A DNA stretch of 64,000 nt, from assembly GCA_017499595.2 (NCBI GenBank), contig CM038999.1, positions 4,030,001 through 4,094,000 of the forward strand, written 5' to 3'. This document shows positions 61,769-64,000 of this stretch, piece after piece; position 1 is the first letter of the stretch, and the number at the start of each line of letters is the position of its first letter. This stretch comes from Psilocybe cubensis (taxonomy: Eukaryota). Both the position numbers and the translations under genes were made by a program. Under the pieces are notes generated by a model. It was not told the DNA's origin and searched no databases. It saw only the letters and a list, made by a program, of their open reading frames with translations.

Positions 61769-64000
61769 CTACTCTTTTAACTCGTCTTGAACATAACCTG
61801 TCATCTCTGTATCATCCAGCCCCGATTTTTCTATCACAAACCACCAGGATTGCCCTAAAAATTGATCTCCATCTCGGAGCGGTAATGGCTGCATTGATAC
61901 TACTGAAACAATATCAGTAATTTCAATGACAGAAAGACTTTCCTGTCCAATGTATTGACACGCTACAAGGGTGTGATATGACTGTTCTAGCAAATCTGCA
62001 TCAGGTGGGCCATATAACGAGATCAAAGCATAGCCTTGGAATGTTGATTCAATCGGATCCTCGAATAAGAAGTAGTATTGCACTTCTCCAAAACGATATG
62101 TGTTGTTATGAATAATCTATTAATCCAAGTCAAGACACATTGTATAATTTAATTATCAAAATATACCTTGACATTCCGTGTAATCCGGGTATTTGTTGCT
62201 TGCTTTTTGTCTTCACAAAAAACACTGCGGGCAATTTGACTATTTCGAAGGCAAACACGTCCCCATTTACGCACAAACGAAATTCCAAGCTTGCTTTGAA
62301 TCAAATGGCCCTCTGGAAGCTTCTCGGGTCGGCGCTGCCGAGGTGTTAAGAAGATATACCCATTTTCTAGGTCATAAGAATAGGCCGGAAGATGATTAAT
62401 TCCAGTAGAATCTAGATCGGGACACATAGCCTTCAGTGCATTGATTTGAGAACGTCGAAGAGCAATCTGGCAAAGATTTCCATAAATGTTTGAGGGCTGT
62501 CGGATATCCTGGCCCATATCTCCAATTGTTCTCTCCATCGTGAACTGTGAATAATATGCTCCCGGTCCTATGCGAATTGTTTCTTGTGCGCAATGCAAAA
62601 GGGCATGAAGACATGGTCGGCAGAAATGTAAACGGTCCATGCGACGCTGATAGTAAAGGTTTTCATACTCTTCTACAAATTGGATAAAAAAAGAGTATGC
62701 TTCTCGCAACTGGCTTGCTTTGATTTTACGTTGAATTATAATCCGAACACCATGGACTAGTTTGCAAAAGTTTCGCCAATATTTTCCTGGCAACAGTGGT
62801 CGAAGCAAACCTGGTCCAAGACCATAGAGGAGAACAAAATATTCTGTAGCCTTGTAGCCACTAGAGATTTTTTCGGCAGGATTGCGTGGAGAACGATGAA
62901 AAGAGGATGGGAAATACTTTGTTGCTGAAGCAACTGATTGACCGAATTGACTCCATGTGTTCCCAGTTAACACCGCCCAATCCCAAGTATTCTTGCTATC
63001 AGTTTTATCACAGGATAATTGCGCTCGCCACAAAGGAATAAGAAGCTCTCCAATGTTTAGAGAAAGAAGGTGCATCAAGTCGAGAGTAAAGCAGTCGGGA
63101 ACTGGAAGTGTAAATTGGGGATCAAGACCGCTAACAATTGTGGGTTTACTGATTCCTGTTGCCTTGCGATTATTTGTATATTCGGAAGGTCCAAGACCGG
63201 ATGCTACAACTCTAGCCACCTTTGCATTATAAGCTGCAACTGTTTGTCGTTGATTTGCAGTAATATTTCTAAAATCATAATCAGGATGGATGTTGTCTTC
63301 TTCCTGAGCTCCATTCGGACGAAGATGTGCAGCACAATAATGGCCAATTCCTGGTTTATGGCGTCCTTTCATAGCGCATCCTACTCGGCAGCCTTGGGCG
63401 CCATGATGGCCAACGGTTCCAACAAGATCCGCTAGTGCAAGACTATCTGCCAGTTCAAGAAGATTGATTATACGTGAAGAAACTGTTTGATTTTTTAAAC
63501 AGTCCCATACACGTATACCAGCACCATTATTCTCGCGTTGGATTGCCGAAAGATGGTGAAAGCTTTGAAAAAGAAATGAATCTAGATCTTTTGGCTTGTT
63601 TGGACCTGGAACAATAAGTGCTGGTAGAACATGTTTTTTTTTGTATCGTGTCGTGGGATCATAATCAGCAATAATCCAGATAGCAATCCAAGTATCGGAC
63701 TTCTTGTTTTTGTACAGCTGAGCACCGTCAAAGGAAAACATAACCGTAGTATCTGTTTCGGAAAGATGTAGATTTTCGTGAAGCTCCAGATAGTCACTGC
63801 CGCAGAAAATGTCGTCATAAACAGAGTCTACCGTTAGATCACCAAGAATCTCTTCTGTCTTTGTGTGTCTGTAGCGCATGGCTGTAGCACTGTCTTTAGA
63901 ACGCCGAAGTGCCTGTATCTGAGGACCTAGCGGAATAGTGCAAGCTTGTTTTCTAGATACCTTCTTTCCAGATGATGCCAAAACATCCGGCTCATATCGG
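61769..64000 (-). CDS. CACTA/EnSpm (CMC) transposase, Transposase_21/Tnp2-type; 5' end beyond the right edge
   Basis: IPLGPQIQAL, YDDIFCG, FDGAQLYKNK, RYKKKHVLP..IVPGPNKPKDLDSFL, LADS, DLMH, YKATE, LHALLH, GP...QFTMERTIG; intron about 62109-62166 to the final exon with FGEVQYYF. The frame is open to 64000. Confidence 0.93.

Larger units (their letters stand above)
58700..64000 (-). mobile_element. CACTA/EnSpm DNA transposon (partial; left boundary approximate)
   Basis: Co-oriented transposase and ORF2 in an AT-richer block; the terminus cannot be fixed because the other end lies outside the window. Confidence 0.8.

Overview
Intron-rich fungal DNA, most consistent with an Agaricomycete (mushroom-forming basidiomycete): short GT-AG introns, F-box/LRR-like and DUF6699 families, CFEM proteins and a laccase. 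Left to right: laccase 5' part (minus, runs off the left edge); small NTF2-like hypothetical gene; F-box protein; ICMT-family methyltransferase; a 16-exon class II DAHP synthase with many unusually long, hairpin-rich introns; conserved hypothetical gene; a tandem family of unknown 'FPASYE'-domain genes; CFEM protein; 1.25-kb TIR element; two intron-containing tRNA-Ala(CGC); Rrp46; a putative permuted-papain peptidase with an E/R-rich helical tail; hypothetical genes; a nested pair of CACTG-type MITEs; second F-box protein; DUF6699 protein; hAT MITE; secreted beta-propeller protein; beta-carbonic anhydrase; second CFEM protein; a convergent pair of secreted 6-Cys/His-rich peptide precursor genes; and a CACTA/EnSpm transposon (transposase plus ORF2) running off the right edge. 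The most striking locus is 55.6-58.1 kb: a three-core, Kex2-type repeat precursor with one core per symmetric exon, facing a single-core paralogue that shares the Cys scaffold, intron phase and a 5'-UTR motif. All gene models were spliced by eye, and family calls rest on motif recognition, not database searches.
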